64,000 nucleotides of DNA from NCBI GenBank assembly GCA_046758965.1, contig JBHIBG010000003.1:32001-96000 (forward strand). Direction: 5' to 3'. This stretch comes from Candidatus Methylomirabilia bacterium. Lineage in GTDB: Bacteria > Methylomirabilota > Methylomirabilia > Rokubacteriales > CSP1-6. The position numbers and the translations under genes were made by a program. The notes beneath the pieces are model-generated. The model did not search any database and had not been told where the DNA came from. It saw only the letters and a program-made list of their open reading frames with translations. Shown piece by piece: positions 9,977 through 21,155 of the stretch (its first letter is position 1; each line of letters opens with the position of its first letter).

Positions 9977-10851
9977 TCCCCGATGATCCGGATCTCGGGC
10001 TCCAGCACGCTGCCGAACTGGGCGCTGACCCGGTCCCGGACCATGTCCATGAGGGTCAGGATGTCCGCGGCGCTCGCCCCGCCCCGATTGACGATGAAAT
10101 TGGCGTGCTTGGCTGAGATCTCGGCGGCGTTGACCCGCTTACCTTTGAGCCCCACCTTCTCGATGAGCCGACCGGCGTAGTCCCCGGCGGGGTTCTTCCA
10201 GACACACCCGGCCGAGGCCAGTGCCAACGGCTGCGTGGCCTTCTTCTGCTTGAGCCGCTGCTTGATCTCCTTCTGGATCTCGGCCTGGGGCCGGCGCTGG
10301 AGCTGGAGGCGCGCGCCGATCAGGACCGCCCCCGGCGGGTAAGAAAAGGCGCGGTAGCCGAACGCTCCCGCTCTCGGCTTCAGCTCGCCCAGCGTGCCGT
10401 CAGGGTGGAGGAAGTAGACGGCGGAGACGAAGTCGCCGATGCTCCCATCGGCGGTGCCGGCGTTCATGGCCAGGGCGCCCCCGATGGTGGCCGGGATCCC
10501 CACCAGGCATTCGAGGCCCCCCAGCGAGAGCGCCGCCGCCTCGCGGATGAGGGACGAGAGGCCGACGCCGGCCCCCGAGACAGCCTCCTCGCCGTGGAAC
10601 TCGACGCGACCCAGGCACCCCTCAAGCTTGAGGACGACACCCCGAACGCCCCGGTCCTTCACCAGGAGGTTGTTGCCACCTCCCACGATCTCCATCGGGA
10701 GATCTTCCTTCTCGGCGAAGCAGAGCGCCTTGCGGATATCGTCCGCATCTTGCGGAACGATCAAGATGTCCGCTGGCCCTCCGATGCGCAGGGACGTGTG
10801 GAAGGAGAGTGGCTCCTTGAAGCGGACCTCACCCCGGATCTCTCCTAGCAT
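9973..10851 (-). CDS. murB: UDP-N-acetylenolpyruvoylglucosamine reductase
   Basis: [32 protein letters not shown] (Cys at the usual Ser), [15 protein letters not shown]. Confidence 0.96.
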   Translation of the reverse strand: MLGEIRGEVRFKEPLSFHTSLRIGGPADILIVPQDADDIRKALCFAEKEDLPMEIVGGGNNLLVKDRGVRGVVLKLEGCLGRVEFHGEEAVSGAGVGLSSLIREAAALSLGGLECLVGIPATIGGALAMNAGTADGSIGDFVSAVYFLHPDGTLGELKPRAGAFGYRAFSYPPGAVLIGARLQLQRRPQAEIQKEIKQRLKQKKATQPLALASAGCVWKNPAGDYAGRLIEKVGLKGKRVNAAEISAKHANFIVNRGGASAADILTLMDMVRDRVSAQFGSVLEPEIRIIGE

Positions 10852-12251
10852 GTCGATCTCCTCTCACGCTCGTGACGAACGACGCTGAGGCGAGCCAAGA
10901 GCTCTCTCCCCAGCTGGCCCACATCCCCCGCCCCGAGGGTGAGGACCAGATCCCCGGGTCGAGCTCTCTCGCACAGGTAGTCGACGACCCGCTCGCGGTC
11001 ACTGCCCAGATACACGACCTCGCGCTGGCCATGGGCGGCGATCGCCTCGGCCAGCTCCCCGGCGTGGACCCCGGGGATCGGAGCCTCGCCCGCCGGATAG
11101 ATATCCATGACCACCAGGGCGTCGGCCTGCTCGAAGGCGGTCAGGAACTCTTGCCGGAGGTGGAGCGTGCGGGTGTAACGATGGGGCTGGAAGACGGTGA
11201 CCACGCGACGGTCGAAGCCGGACTTGGCGGCAGCCAGCGTTGCCCGGATCTCGGCCGGGTGGTGGCCATAGTCGTCCACCACCAGTACACCCCCCGCCTC
11301 CCCCTTGACCTGGAAGCGGCGCTGCACCCCGGAGAAGCCCGCGAGCGCGCGCTGGATCGTCGCAAAGGGGATCTCCAGCTCCAGGCCGACGGCGATCGCG
11401 GCCAGCGCGTTCAGGACGTTATGGCTCCCGGGGACGCGGAGCGCGCACTCGCCGAGAGCCCGGTCGCGCTCGGTGACCTCGAAGGAGCAGGTGAGCCCCG
11501 AGAACGAGACCCGATGCGCCGTGAGGTCAGCGTCCGACCGGAGCCCGTAGGTGATCAGCCGCTTCGCCACCTCCGGGATCATGAGCTGGATGTTGGGCTC
11601 GTCGAGGCAGAGCACCACGGCGCCGTAGAAGGGAACCTTGTTCGCAAACTGGAGGAACGTTTGGCGGATGGCCTCGAGAGAGCGGTAGTAGTCCAGGTGC
11701 TCGGCGTCCACGGTGGTGACCACCGCGATCGTCGGGGTCAGCTTGAGGAACGAGCCGTCAGACTCGTCGGCCTCGGCCACGAGGAACTCCCCCTGACCCA
11801 TCCGGGCGTTGCCCCCGAGAGTGAGCACTCGGCCACCCACGACGGAAGTGGGATCGAACCCCGCCTCCTCGAGCACGGCGGCCACCATGGACGTGGTAGT
11901 GGTCTTGCCGTGCGTCCCGGCCACCGCAATCCCGTACTTCAGCCGCATGAGCTCCGCGAGCATCTCCGCCCGCGGGATGACCGGGATCTGGTGCCGGCGC
12001 GCCGCCTGCACCTCCACGTTGTCCTTGGCCACTGCGGAGGAGTACACGACCACGTGAGCCCCTTCGGTGTGCGCTCTGTCATGGCCGATCCAGACCTTGG
12101 CGCCCAGCTGCTCGAGCCGCTCCACGGCCTCCGAGCGCTTCTGGTCGGAGCCGGTGATCCGGTAGCCCATGTTCAGCAGCACCTCGGCGATCCCGCTCAT
12201 CCCGGCGCCGCCGATCCCTACGAAGTGGATCTGCTGGTACTTCTTGTACAT
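10845..12251 (-). CDS. murC: UDP-N-acetylmuramate--L-alanine ligase
   Basis: [41 protein letters not shown]. Confidence 0.98.
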   Translation of the reverse strand: MYKKYQQIHFVGIGGAGMSGIAEVLLNMGYRITGSDQKRSEAVERLEQLGAKVWIGHDRAHTEGAHVVVYSSAVAKDNVEVQAARRHQIPVIPRAEMLAELMRLKYGIAVAGTHGKTTTTSMVAAVLEEAGFDPTSVVGGRVLTLGGNARMGQGEFLVAEADESDGSFLKLTPTIAVVTTVDAEHLDYYRSLEAIRQTFLQFANKVPFYGAVVLCLDEPNIQLMIPEVAKRLITYGLRSDADLTAHRVSFSGLTCSFEVTERDRALGECALRVPGSHNVLNALAAIAVGLELEIPFATIQRALAGFSGVQRRFQVKGEAGGVLVVDDYGHHPAEIRATLAAAKSGFDRRVVTVFQPHRYTRTLHLRQEFLTAFEQADALVVMDIYPAGEAPIPGVHAGELAEAIAAHGQREVVYLGSDRERVVDYLCERARPGDLVLTLGAGDVGQLGRELLARLSVVRHERERRSTC

Positions 12252-12261
12252 CCGAGCCCCC

Positions 12262-13356
12262 TTAGCCCACGTGCTGGGAGATGTTCAAGAGCAGCCCCGC
12301 CGCCACCATCGTCGTCAGGAGTGCCGAGCCGCCGAAGGAGACAAACGGCAACGGCAACCCCGTCGTGGGAAGCAGGCCGGTCACCACGCCGAGGTTGATG
12401 AGCGTCTGGCAGGCGAGGAACACCGTCAGGCCGAGCGCCAGGTAGGCGGCAAAGGGATCAGGCGCGCGGAGGCCGACCCGCACCCCCCGCCAGATCAGGA
12501 CCATGAACAGCCCCACCACCGCCAGGGCGCCGATGAAGCCCAGCTCCTCCCCGATGATGGCGAACATGAAGTCGGTATGAGGCTCGGGGAGGTAGAAGAG
12601 CTTCTGCTTGGAGGCCCCGAGCCCATGCCCGAACCAGCCGCCCGACCCCAGGGCCAGGTAGGACTGGATGATCTGAAATCCGCTCCCGAGCGGATCAGCC
12701 CAGGGGTCCAGGAAGGAGACGACACGCTTCAAGCGGTAGGGCGCGGAGGCGACCGCCATGACCACCAGCGGCAGCGCTGAGACGGCCAGAAGGGCCATCT
12801 GCGAGAGCCGGACACCGGCCAGGAAGAGGAGTGCCAGGACGACGGCGAGGAGCGTCAGGCTGGAGCCGAGGTCTGGCTGGAGCAGCAAAAGCCCGGCCAT
12901 GGCCCCCGTCACCGCGAGCGGCGGAAGGAGCCCGGTCCAGAAGCTGTGAAGCCCCACTGGGCGGCGGCTCAAGGAGAAGGCTAGGAATGAGACAAACGCC
13001 AGCTTGGCCAGCTCGGCCGGCTGGAAGGAGACCGGTCCCCACCTGATCCAACGCCGCGTGCCGTTGATCTCCTGGCCGAATAGAGGGATGAGCACCACGA
13101 TCAAGAGCGCCAAGGACAGCACGAGCAGCGGCACCACGGCCGGCTCGAGCCGCCGGTAGTCGACGATCAACGCGGCCCAGAGGCCAGCGAAGCCGACAAG
13201 CGCCCAGAGGAGCTGCTTCTTCAGGAAGAAATACGGGTCCCCGAATCGGTCGGCGGCCACGATGGCGCTCCCCGAGTAGACCATGACCACCCCGAGGGAG
13301 ACCAGCGCCACGACGGAGCCGAAGAGCCACAGATCGGGTGTGAGTTTCCTCGGCAT
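12262..13356 (-). CDS. ftsW: FtsW peptidoglycan glycosyltransferase (SEDS)
   Basis: [33 protein letters not shown]. Confidence 0.97.
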   Translation of the reverse strand: MPRKLTPDLWLFGSVVALVSLGVVMVYSGSAIVAADRFGDPYFFLKKQLLWALVGFAGLWAALIVDYRRLEPAVVPLLVLSLALLIVVLIPLFGQEINGTRRWIRWGPVSFQPAELAKLAFVSFLAFSLSRRPVGLHSFWTGLLPPLAVTGAMAGLLLLQPDLGSSLTLLAVVLALLFLAGVRLSQMALLAVSALPLVVMAVASAPYRLKRVVSFLDPWADPLGSGFQIIQSYLALGSGGWFGHGLGASKQKLFYLPEPHTDFMFAIIGEELGFIGALAVVGLFMVLIWRGVRVGLRAPDPFAAYLALGLTVFLACQTLINLGVVTGLLPTTGLPLPFVSFGGSALLTTMVAAGLLLNISQHVG

Positions 13357-14765
13357 CAGTAGTCCGAAAGCGCGTGAACGAGGCTCTCGAAGACCCGCCC
13401 GCGCTCCTCGAAGTTCTCGAACATGTCAAACGAGGCGCATGCGGGCGAGAGCAGCACGACCTCCCCGGGCTCGGCCGCCGCGCGCGCCCCGCGCACCGCC
13501 TGCTCCAGGGAGTCGGCGCCCTCCGTTCGCACCCCTGCCCGCTCGAGCGCCGGCTTGATCTTCTCCCGGTCCTCGCCGATCAGGATGGCCAGGCGGACAC
13601 GGCCGCGCGCCGCCTCGGCCAGCGAGGCGAACTCCTGGCCCTTGCCTCGCCCTCCGGCGATGAGAATAATGGGCTCGGAGAAGCTCTCCAGGGCCCTGAC
13701 GGTGGAGACCACGTTAGTCCCCTTGGAGTCGTTGTAATACGCCACCCCCCGCACCTCCCGGACCCATGCGAGACGGTGCTCCACCCCGCGGAAGGCGGCG
13801 ATGGCCCGGCGGATCGAGGCGGAGGGCACCCCCGTCCAGAGGGCGCAGGCGGTGGCAGCCAGCACATTCTCCACGTTGTGCTGACCCCGGAGAAAGATCT
13901 CGGAGAGCGGGCAGATCCGCTCCGCCAACCCGTTCAGTCTCGCCACGATCCAGCCGTCCTGGCAGTAGACGCCGCGCTCCAGTCGGCGCTGGCGGCTGAA
14001 GAGGACCACCTGGGCGCGGGCCCGTGAGGCCAGCACCACGCTCTGCGCGTCGTCAGCATTGAGGATCGCGTAGTCCTGGGCGGTCTGGTTCTCGAGGATC
14101 CGGGACTTGGCGGCTGCGTAAGCGGCAAAGGTCCCGTGACGGTCCAGGTGATCTGGCACCAGGTTCAGGATCACCGCGGTGCGTGGGTGGAAGGCCTCGA
14201 TGGTTTCAAGCTGGAAGCTCGAGACCTCCGCCACGATGATCCCGTCAGAGGGAAACTCCAGGACGTGGGCTGCGATCGGCGTGCCGATGTTGCCCGCGAT
14301 CAGCACGGGACGGACCTGATCGCGGAGGAGCGCCCCGGTGAGCGCCGTGGTGGTGGTCTTGCCATTCGTCCCCGTGATGGCGATGATGTCGGCCTCCGTC
14401 GCCCGCCAGGCCAGCTCTAGCTCTCCGATGATCCGGATGCCCCGCTGCCGGACGGGCGCCAGGGCCTGGTGCTCACAAGCGACCCCGGGGCTCACCACAA
14501 CCAGTTCAGCCGCCTCGAAGGCCTCAGGGGGGTGGCCGCCCGCGTAGAGTCGGACGCCGGCAGCGCTGAGCGCCTGCGCGTCAGCCGGGAGCGCGCTCAG
14601 AGGCTTGGCGTCGGTGGCGGCGACGCGGGCGCCGAGCGTCAGGAGAAGTCGGCAGGCCGCCACGCCGCTCCGGGCGAGCCCCACGACCGTAACCCTGCGC
14701 CCCTTGAGCCACTCCCGGTACACGGTGCCCCTCTCGCTCATCTGTTCAAGCAGCGCTGGAGCCAT
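13356..14765 (-). CDS. murD: UDP-N-acetylmuramoyl-L-alanine--D-glutamate ligase
   Basis: GTNGKTT, EVSSFQL, DHLDRH, NDSKGTN, LLSPACASFD. Confidence 0.98.
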   Translation of the reverse strand: MAPALLEQMSERGTVYREWLKGRRVTVVGLARSGVAACRLLLTLGARVAATDAKPLSALPADAQALSAAGVRLYAGGHPPEAFEAAELVVVSPGVACEHQALAPVRQRGIRIIGELELAWRATEADIIAITGTNGKTTTTALTGALLRDQVRPVLIAGNIGTPIAAHVLEFPSDGIIVAEVSSFQLETIEAFHPRTAVILNLVPDHLDRHGTFAAYAAAKSRILENQTAQDYAILNADDAQSVVLASRARAQVVLFSRQRRLERGVYCQDGWIVARLNGLAERICPLSEIFLRGQHNVENVLAATACALWTGVPSASIRRAIAAFRGVEHRLAWVREVRGVAYYNDSKGTNVVSTVRALESFSEPIILIAGGRGKGQEFASLAEAARGRVRLAILIGEDREKIKPALERAGVRTEGADSLEQAVRGARAAAEPGEVVLLSPACASFDMFENFEERGRVFESLVHALSDY

Positions 14766-14788
14766 TCACCCCGCCTCCCCCGGCAGCC

Positions 14789-15868
14789 CTACCTGAGCTT
14801 CAGGGTGGCCAGGGCCAGGAGCGCCAGCGCAAAGGAGACGATCCAGAAGCGCACGATGATCTTCGGCTCTGACCAGCCGGCCAGTTCGTAGTGGTGATGG
14901 AGGGGTGCCATGCGCAGGAGGCGCTTGCCCGTCAGCTTGAAGCCAACCACCTGGACGATCACCGAGGCCGCCTCGACCACGTAGAGCCCGCCGATCAACG
15001 GCAGCAGGAGCTCCGACTTGGTGAGCACCGCCATCATCCCCATGGCGCCGCCGACGGCCAGTGACCCCACATCCCCCATGAAGACCTGGGCCGGATAGCT
15101 GTTGAACCAGAGGAACCCGAGCGAGGCGCCCACCAGGGCCCCGCAGAAAATCGTGAGCTCCCCGGCGCCCTTGACGTTGGGAATCAGGAGGTAGTCGGCG
15201 GCCTTGAAGTTCCCCGTGAGGTAGGCCAGGACGGTGAACGCCCCGGCGGCCATGATGACCGGGCCGATCGCCAGGCCGTCCAGCCCATCGGTCAGGTTCA
15301 CCGCATTCGAGGCGCCCACGATCACCAGGATCGCAACGGGAATCCAGAACCAGCCCAGCGTGATCAGCCACCCTTTGAGGAAAGGAACCACGAGCGTGGT
15401 GGAGAAGCCAGCAGGCGGGAAGAGGTAGAGAGCGGTGAGCAGGGCGCCGACAAGCACGATCTGGAAGCCGAACTTCCGAGCGGCCGAGATCCCCTTCCCG
15501 GTCCGGAGCTTCCGGTAGTCGTCCACAAACCCGATGCACCCCAAGCCGGCCGTGGAGAGGAGGATCATCCAGACATAGCGGTTCTGCAGATTGACCCAGA
15601 GGAGCGTGGAAACCATGAGGGCACAGAGGATCAGAATCCCGCCCATGGTAGGGGTCCCGGCCTTGGCACGGTGGCTGGGCGGCGTGTCCTCCCGGATCGT
15701 CTCCCCGTCCGACTGAAACTGCCGGAGCTTTTCGATCAACCACGGCCCCACGAGGAAGGAGAGAAGCAGGGCTGTCAGGGTCGCCAGGGCTGTCCGGAAC
15801 GTGATATAGCGGAAGACGTTGAAGACCACGTGTTCCGAGGCGAGCGGCACGAGGAGGTAGTAGAGCAT
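14789..15868 (-). CDS. mraY: phospho-N-acetylmuramoyl-pentapeptide transferase
   Basis: TPTMGG, NAVNLTDGLDGL, VFMGDVGS, MAPLHHHYE. Confidence 0.98.
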   Translation of the reverse strand: MLYYLLVPLASEHVVFNVFRYITFRTALATLTALLLSFLVGPWLIEKLRQFQSDGETIREDTPPSHRAKAGTPTMGGILILCALMVSTLLWVNLQNRYVWMILLSTAGLGCIGFVDDYRKLRTGKGISAARKFGFQIVLVGALLTALYLFPPAGFSTTLVVPFLKGWLITLGWFWIPVAILVIVGASNAVNLTDGLDGLAIGPVIMAAGAFTVLAYLTGNFKAADYLLIPNVKGAGELTIFCGALVGASLGFLWFNSYPAQVFMGDVGSLAVGGAMGMMAVLTKSELLLPLIGGLYVVEAASVIVQVVGFKLTGKRLLRMAPLHHHYELAGWSEPKIIVRFWIVSFALALLALATLKLR

Positions 15869-15871
15869 CTC

Positions 15872-17263
15872 TCATTCGCCTCCTCCCAGCCTGGCTACCA
15901 ACGCATGCACCACGCGCTCCATCCGCATCGCCCGCGACCCCTTCACCAGCAACGTATCACCGGGGGCCAGCCGTTTCATGAGCCGCCCCACGAGAGCCTC
16001 GGCGTTCTCGCTCCGGTGACTCTCCCCAAGGCCGGCCTCCAGGGCCTCCTCCACAGCGAACCGCATGAGGGGCCCCATCCCGATGAACTCGGCAACCCCC
16101 AGGGTGGCCACCTGCCGGCCGACCTCGCGGTGGGCGGCCTCAGCAAGCGGCCCCAGTTCCAGCATATCCCCGAGAGCGACGAGAAGCCGCACGCTCCCTT
16201 CCTTCTGAGCGCCGAGGGTAGCCAGCGCTGCACGCACCGATGCGGGGTTGGCATTGTAGGTGTCGTCCAGGATCCGGATCTCGCCCGCCCTCCGCCAGAT
16301 CAGACGCCCCCGGGCGGGCCGGGCAGCCTCAAGCCCCCCGGCGATCTCCTCAAGGGAAAGTCCGACCGCGATCCCCGCTCCTGCGCTGGCCAGGGAGTTG
16401 ACCACATTGTGGCGCCCCGAGAAGGCGAGGCGCACGGGGAGCTGCTGGCCGCGGATCTCGAGGGTGAAGGCGAGCCCTTCATGATCCTCCCGGATCTCTC
16501 CCGCCGCTCGCACTTCCGCCTCGGGACCGGTCCCGACGGTGACGACCCTGCCCCGGGCCTCGCCAGCCATCGCCCGCACCCACGGGTCATCCCAGTTCAG
16601 GACCACGCTCCCTTCCGTCGGGATCGCCCGCACCAGCGAAGCCTTCTCGCGCTGAACGCCCTCCAGGTTCTGGAAGAACTCGGTGTGCGCCGCTGACACC
16701 GAAGTCACCACCCCGACGGTGGGACGCGCCAGCTCGGTGAGGGAGGCGATCTCCCCGACTCTGCTGGCCCCGAGCTCCACCACCAGCGCCTGGTGCCCTG
16801 CGGAAAGACCGAGGAGCGTGAGTGGGAGCCCCCACTGGTTGTTGAAGCTCCCCACCGGCTTAAGCACCGTCCATCGGCGCTCGAGAACCGCCGCGATCAT
16901 CTCCTTCACAGTGGTCTTCCCGTTCGAGCCGGTCACCGCCACCACCGGGATGCTGAACCGGCTTCGGTGATAGGCGGCCAGCCGGCCCAGCGCGTTCGTG
17001 GTCTCGTCCACCAGCACCACCGGCGCCCCGCCCGGGAGCGCGTCGGTCAGATGATGAACGATCAAGCAGGAGGCTCCGCGCGCCGCCGCTTCCACGACGT
17101 AGTCGTGACCGTCCAGGCGATGGCCCCGGACCGCAAAGAAGGCCTCACCCACACGCAGGGTCCGGCTGTCGATTGACACCCCCCTCACGGGCACGGCCAG
17201 GTCTCCCTGAATCAGGGCACCCTGGGTGGTGCGAACAATGTCCAGCACCGTGAACGGCGGCAT
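15872..17263 (-). CDS. murF: UDP-MurNAc-tripeptide--D-Ala-D-Ala ligase
   Basis: GSNGKTT, NNQWGLP, DDTYNANP, GDMLELG, KGSR. Confidence 0.97.
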   Translation of the reverse strand: MPPFTVLDIVRTTQGALIQGDLAVPVRGVSIDSRTLRVGEAFFAVRGHRLDGHDYVVEAAARGASCLIVHHLTDALPGGAPVVLVDETTNALGRLAAYHRSRFSIPVVAVTGSNGKTTVKEMIAAVLERRWTVLKPVGSFNNQWGLPLTLLGLSAGHQALVVELGASRVGEIASLTELARPTVGVVTSVSAAHTEFFQNLEGVQREKASLVRAIPTEGSVVLNWDDPWVRAMAGEARGRVVTVGTGPEAEVRAAGEIREDHEGLAFTLEIRGQQLPVRLAFSGRHNVVNSLASAGAGIAVGLSLEEIAGGLEAARPARGRLIWRRAGEIRILDDTYNANPASVRAALATLGAQKEGSVRLLVALGDMLELGPLAEAAHREVGRQVATLGVAEFIGMGPLMRFAVEEALEAGLGESHRSENAEALVGRLMKRLAPGDTLLVKGSRAMRMERVVHALVARLGGGE

Positions 17264-17271
17264 AGACCTCC

Positions 17272-18771
17272 CTATGGCAAACGCTCCGCCAGGATCTGCC
17301 GGGCCACAGCCCGGTCGTCAAAGGGGAACAGTTCGGAGTCGACGATCTGGTAGGTTTCGTGGCCCTTCCCGGCGATCAGGACTGTGTCGCCAGGCCGGGC
17401 CCACGCGAGGGCTTCTCGGATCGCGGCACCCCTGTCCGCGATCATAGCATACCGGGTGGAGTCGGGCCAGGCGCGGCTCACCCCTACGGCGATCTCCTTG
17501 ATGATGGCGTCAGGATCCTCGCTCCTCGGGTTGTCAGAGGTGATCCATGCCCGGTCCGAGCCCCTCGCGGCAATCTCCCCCATGATCGGGCGCTTCCCCC
17601 GGTCCCGGTCGCCTCCACACCCGAACACGACGGCGAGCCGTCCCCTGGTGAGTTTCCGCGCAGAGGCCAGCACGCGCTCCAGGGCATCGGGGGTGTGGGC
17701 GTAGTCCACCACGACCAAGAAGGGCTGGCCGGCCTCCACGCGCTCGAACCGGCCGGGGACCGACGCCACGCTTCCCAGCGCCTTCGCGACGGCCCGAGGC
17801 TCAAGCCTGAGCGCCACGCCGACGCCCATGGCCGCCAGCAGGTTCATGACGTTATGCTCCGCGACCAGGCTCGAGCGGATCGTGGCGCCCCCCTGCGGCG
17901 TTTCGATCTCCATCCTGATCCCGTCCAGCCCCGCGCTGAAGGCGCCGGGCTTGACCTGGGCGGAGGGGCCGAGACCGACGGTGACCGTAGGGAGTGAGAG
18001 GCCCGCCACCATGGGGGGGCCGGCGGGATCGTCCACGTTGATGACCGCGCACCGCGTCGTCTTCTTCGAGGCCGCCAGCAGGGTGAAGAAGCGCGCCTTA
18101 GCCTGACGGTAGGCCTCCAAGGTCTTGTGGAAGTCCAGATGGTCTTGCGTCAGGTTGGTGAAGACCGCCACGTCGAAATCAACCCCATCCACCCGGCGGA
18201 GCGCGAGCGCGTGGGAGGAGACCTCCATGGCCACGCCCTGGACCCTCTCCTGCACCATCCGCGCCAGGAGGGCCTGCAGGTCGAGGGCCTCGGGGGTGGT
18301 CTGGTTTGCGTGGAGCGCTTGGTTCCCCACCCGGTGCTGGATCGTTCCCACCACGCCGGTCTTCAACCCCGCCGCCCTGAGCAGTGCCTCCACCAGATAC
18401 GCGGTGGTGGTCTTCCCGTTGGTGCCGGTGATCCCCACGAGCAGGAGCGCTCCAGACGGATGACCGAAATAGGCATCAGCCAGCTGGGCGAGGGCCTCGC
18501 GAGCAGAAGGGACGAGGACGCGGGCTGTTTTGCTCCCGGGCAGCGGATCGTCCCCCTCCGTCAGCACAACGGCCGCCCCTCTGGAGACGGCCTCGGCGAT
18601 GAACCGCCTGCCATCTTCACGGAACCCTGGCACGGCGACGAACATCTCCCCCGCCTTCACCTGGCGCGAGTCCGAGGTGAGACCGCTCAAGCTGGCCGGC
18701 AGCCGCCCCAACACCGTCTTTGCCTCGAGGCTGTCGAGCAGCCTTCGCGCGGGGACAACCCGGTCTCTCAT
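17272..18771 (-). CDS. murE: UDP-MurNAc-dipeptide--meso-diaminopimelate ligase
   Basis: GTNGKTT, MEVSSH, DYAHTPD, GCGGDRD, DNPR (meso-DAP specificity motif), GKGHE. Confidence 0.97.
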   Translation of the reverse strand: MRDRVVPARRLLDSLEAKTVLGRLPASLSGLTSDSRQVKAGEMFVAVPGFREDGRRFIAEAVSRGAAVVLTEGDDPLPGSKTARVLVPSAREALAQLADAYFGHPSGALLLVGITGTNGKTTTAYLVEALLRAAGLKTGVVGTIQHRVGNQALHANQTTPEALDLQALLARMVQERVQGVAMEVSSHALALRRVDGVDFDVAVFTNLTQDHLDFHKTLEAYRQAKARFFTLLAASKKTTRCAVINVDDPAGPPMVAGLSLPTVTVGLGPSAQVKPGAFSAGLDGIRMEIETPQGGATIRSSLVAEHNVMNLLAAMGVGVALRLEPRAVAKALGSVASVPGRFERVEAGQPFLVVVDYAHTPDALERVLASARKLTRGRLAVVFGCGGDRDRGKRPIMGEIAARGSDRAWITSDNPRSEDPDAIIKEIAVGVSRAWPDSTRYAMIADRGAAIREALAWARPGDTVLIAGKGHETYQIVDSELFPFDDRAVARQILAERLP

Positions 18772-20738
18772 TACTGACGTCCCGTCGGCGGGGCGAGATC
18801 AAGCCGGCAGCGCATTCCCCGCTCGATCCGGACTCCTGCGGCAGGCTTCTGGGCCACGACCACTCCCCCTCCATGGATCTCCACCTGCATCTCGTACGCC
18901 GCCAGCGCTGCGAGGGCCAGACGGAGCGGCTTCCCGACGAGGGAAGGCATCCGCGGCCACTCCGCGTTCCAGGTGCCCGACTCGGCGCGCGAAACAGGAA
19001 TCACCAACCCGGCCGGAAGGCTGCGCACGATCTGGACCGGCGCCGTGTCACGGGGCGGCACATTGAGGTATTCGAGCGTCGCACGCCCGATGGCCGAGAA
19101 GATCGGGGCCGCCACCTCGCTCCCCCAGCGGGCGTTGGCAGGTTCGTCCACGAGAACCAACATCGCCACTCGCGGCTCCTCGGCCGGAGCAAATCCCACG
19201 AAGGAGAGGACTCCCGGTTTTCGGGAGTAGCGCCTCGTGACGGGGTCCAGCTTCTGGGCCGTGCCGGTCTTCCCCGCCACATCGTACCCCCGGATAGCAG
19301 CGTTCTGGCCCGTGCCCTCCCTCACCACCCGGGTCAGGATCCGGGTGAGCGCCCGACTCGTGGCCGGAGAGACGACCCGCCGGATCACGCGGGGTTCGAA
19401 GACCCCGAGAGGTAACCCGTCAGCATCCAGGAGGGTGCGTACCACCTGAGGCTGGAGCAGCTCGCCCCCGTTGGCCACAGCGGCGAACGCCATGACCATC
19501 TGGAGCGGGGTCACCGAGATTTCATGGCCGATCGACAGCGCCGCCAGCGAGAGCTTGGACCATCGCGAGAGGCTCCAGACTCTGCCCCGGCTCTCCCCGG
19601 GCAGCCCGAGGCCGGAGAGGCTCCCGAAGCCGAACTTGCCGATGTACCGGGAGAACCGTTCCCCCCCGAGCGCCACGCCCACCTTGACTGCGCCGACGTT
19701 GGAGGAGCGCTGGAGAACCTCGGAGAAGGTGAGCCAGCCATACCGTTTCCAGTCGTGGATCACGGTGTTGGCCACGGTGATGGCCCCTTGCTCCGCGTAG
19801 ACCAGGTCACCGGGCCTCACCACACCTTCCTCGAGGGCGGCGGCAGCCAGCACCACCTTGAAGATAGAGCCCGGTTCGAAGGGATCGGTAATGGCGCGGT
19901 TTCGCCACTCGGCCGGTCTGGCCTTCACGAAGCTGTTCGGGTTGAAGGTGGGACGAATCGCCACGGCGAGCAGCTCGCCGGTCCGAGGTTCCACCATCAC
20001 CGCCATGGCGACCTTCGCCTTGGTCCTGCGCCAGACCAGGTCGATTTCTCTCTCCGCCAGGTACTGGATGGTCGAGTCCAAGGTGAGCTGGACGCCCCGG
20101 CCGCGGACAGAAGGCTTCAGCACCGAGAGCCTCCCGCTCACCTCGCGCCCCCGCGCGTCGCGCTCCACGAGCGCGAGGCCCGGCCGACCAGCGAGGTGAT
20201 GGTCCCACGCCAGCTCGACCCCCTCGAGCCCGTGGTCGTCCACTCCCACGAAGCCAAGCACATGCGCGGCCAATCCCCGGTTCGGGTAGAGCCTGAGGGA
20301 GTCTTGAACCAGGCCGAGCCCGGGCTCCACCAGGCCGCGCAGCGACCGCGCAACCGAGGGCGGGAGCTTCCGCTTCACCCAGATAAAAGGCCGGTCGGTC
20401 GCGAGGCGTTTGGCAATCGCCCGCGCGGACTCCCCGAGCAGGGGTGCCAACAGCTGCGCCAGCCGGGCGGGATCCTCGATCCTGGCGGGGTGCGCGTAGA
20501 GGGACTCGGTAGTGACTGACACCCCCAGCGGGCGGCCGTTCCGATCCACGATGGGGCCGCGCTTGGGCCTGAGCGCAATGGTCTTCGAGCGCTGCGCCTC
20601 CGCCAGGCGGGAGAGCTCATCGTGCTGGAAAATCTGGAGCGCGACGAGTCGGATGAGCAGGCCGAGGAAGGCGCAAGCCAGAACGGTCGCGAGGACGAGC
20701 ACCCGAGAGCGGGAGGGACCGATCGAGCTCTCAGTCAT
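18771..20738 (-). CDS. ftsI: penicillin-binding protein FtsI/PBP3 with C-terminal PASTA-like domain
   Basis: SIFK (SxxK), SSN, KTGT motifs; RGPIVDRNG. Confidence 0.95.
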   Translation of the reverse strand: MTESSIGPSRSRVLVLATVLACAFLGLLIRLVALQIFQHDELSRLAEAQRSKTIALRPKRGPIVDRNGRPLGVSVTTESLYAHPARIEDPARLAQLLAPLLGESARAIAKRLATDRPFIWVKRKLPPSVARSLRGLVEPGLGLVQDSLRLYPNRGLAAHVLGFVGVDDHGLEGVELAWDHHLAGRPGLALVERDARGREVSGRLSVLKPSVRGRGVQLTLDSTIQYLAEREIDLVWRRTKAKVAMAVMVEPRTGELLAVAIRPTFNPNSFVKARPAEWRNRAITDPFEPGSIFKVVLAAAALEEGVVRPGDLVYAEQGAITVANTVIHDWKRYGWLTFSEVLQRSSNVGAVKVGVALGGERFSRYIGKFGFGSLSGLGLPGESRGRVWSLSRWSKLSLAALSIGHEISVTPLQMVMAFAAVANGGELLQPQVVRTLLDADGLPLGVFEPRVIRRVVSPATSRALTRILTRVVREGTGQNAAIRGYDVAGKTGTAQKLDPVTRRYSRKPGVLSFVGFAPAEEPRVAMLVLVDEPANARWGSEVAAPIFSAIGRATLEYLNVPPRDTAPVQIVRSLPAGLVIPVSRAESGTWNAEWPRMPSLVGKPLRLALAALAAYEMQVEIHGGGVVVAQKPAAGVRIERGMRCRLDLAPPTGRQ

Positions 20739-20765
20739 ACTCGGTCGGGCGCTCCACCCTCAATG

Positions 20766-21155
20766 TCACGGAACTCGTGGGACGCCAAGCGCGGAGACCT
20801 CCCAGGCCGTCTGGGGCGCACTGCCAGGAACGACAAACTCCCGCGCCAGCCTCAGCTGATCGGGGGCCGGCGGGCCCATCCCCAGCTCTGCGCGCGCCTT
20901 CAGCTCGATCCGCCGCAACGAGCCGAGCGTGGCGAGTTCCACCCGGAGCTGGCGATTCAGCTCCTCCAGCTCACCTCTGGCCGCCCGCAACTCCTCGAGG
21001 CGGTACGAGAGCTGGACAGAGTGAATCTCCAGCGCCACCACTCCAAGGACTCCGACCACCACGCATGCCGACAGCCCCATCGCCAGCCCCATGGTCCTCA
21101 GCCGGCGCCGGTCGCGCTCACGCACGGGGGAGCCGGAGCGGCTACGCGGCGACAC
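20766..21155 (-). CDS. ftsL: cell division protein FtsL
   Basis: TM plus leucine-zipper coiled coil ending RIELKARAELGM; GTG 21155 with GGAGAG RBS; lies between rsmH and ftsI. Confidence 0.85.
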   Translation of the reverse strand: MSPRSRSGSPVRERDRRRLRTMGLAMGLSACVVVGVLGVVALEIHSVQLSYRLEELRAARGELEELNRQLRVELATLGSLRRIELKARAELGMGPPAPDQLRLAREFVVPGSAPQTAWEVSALGVPRVP

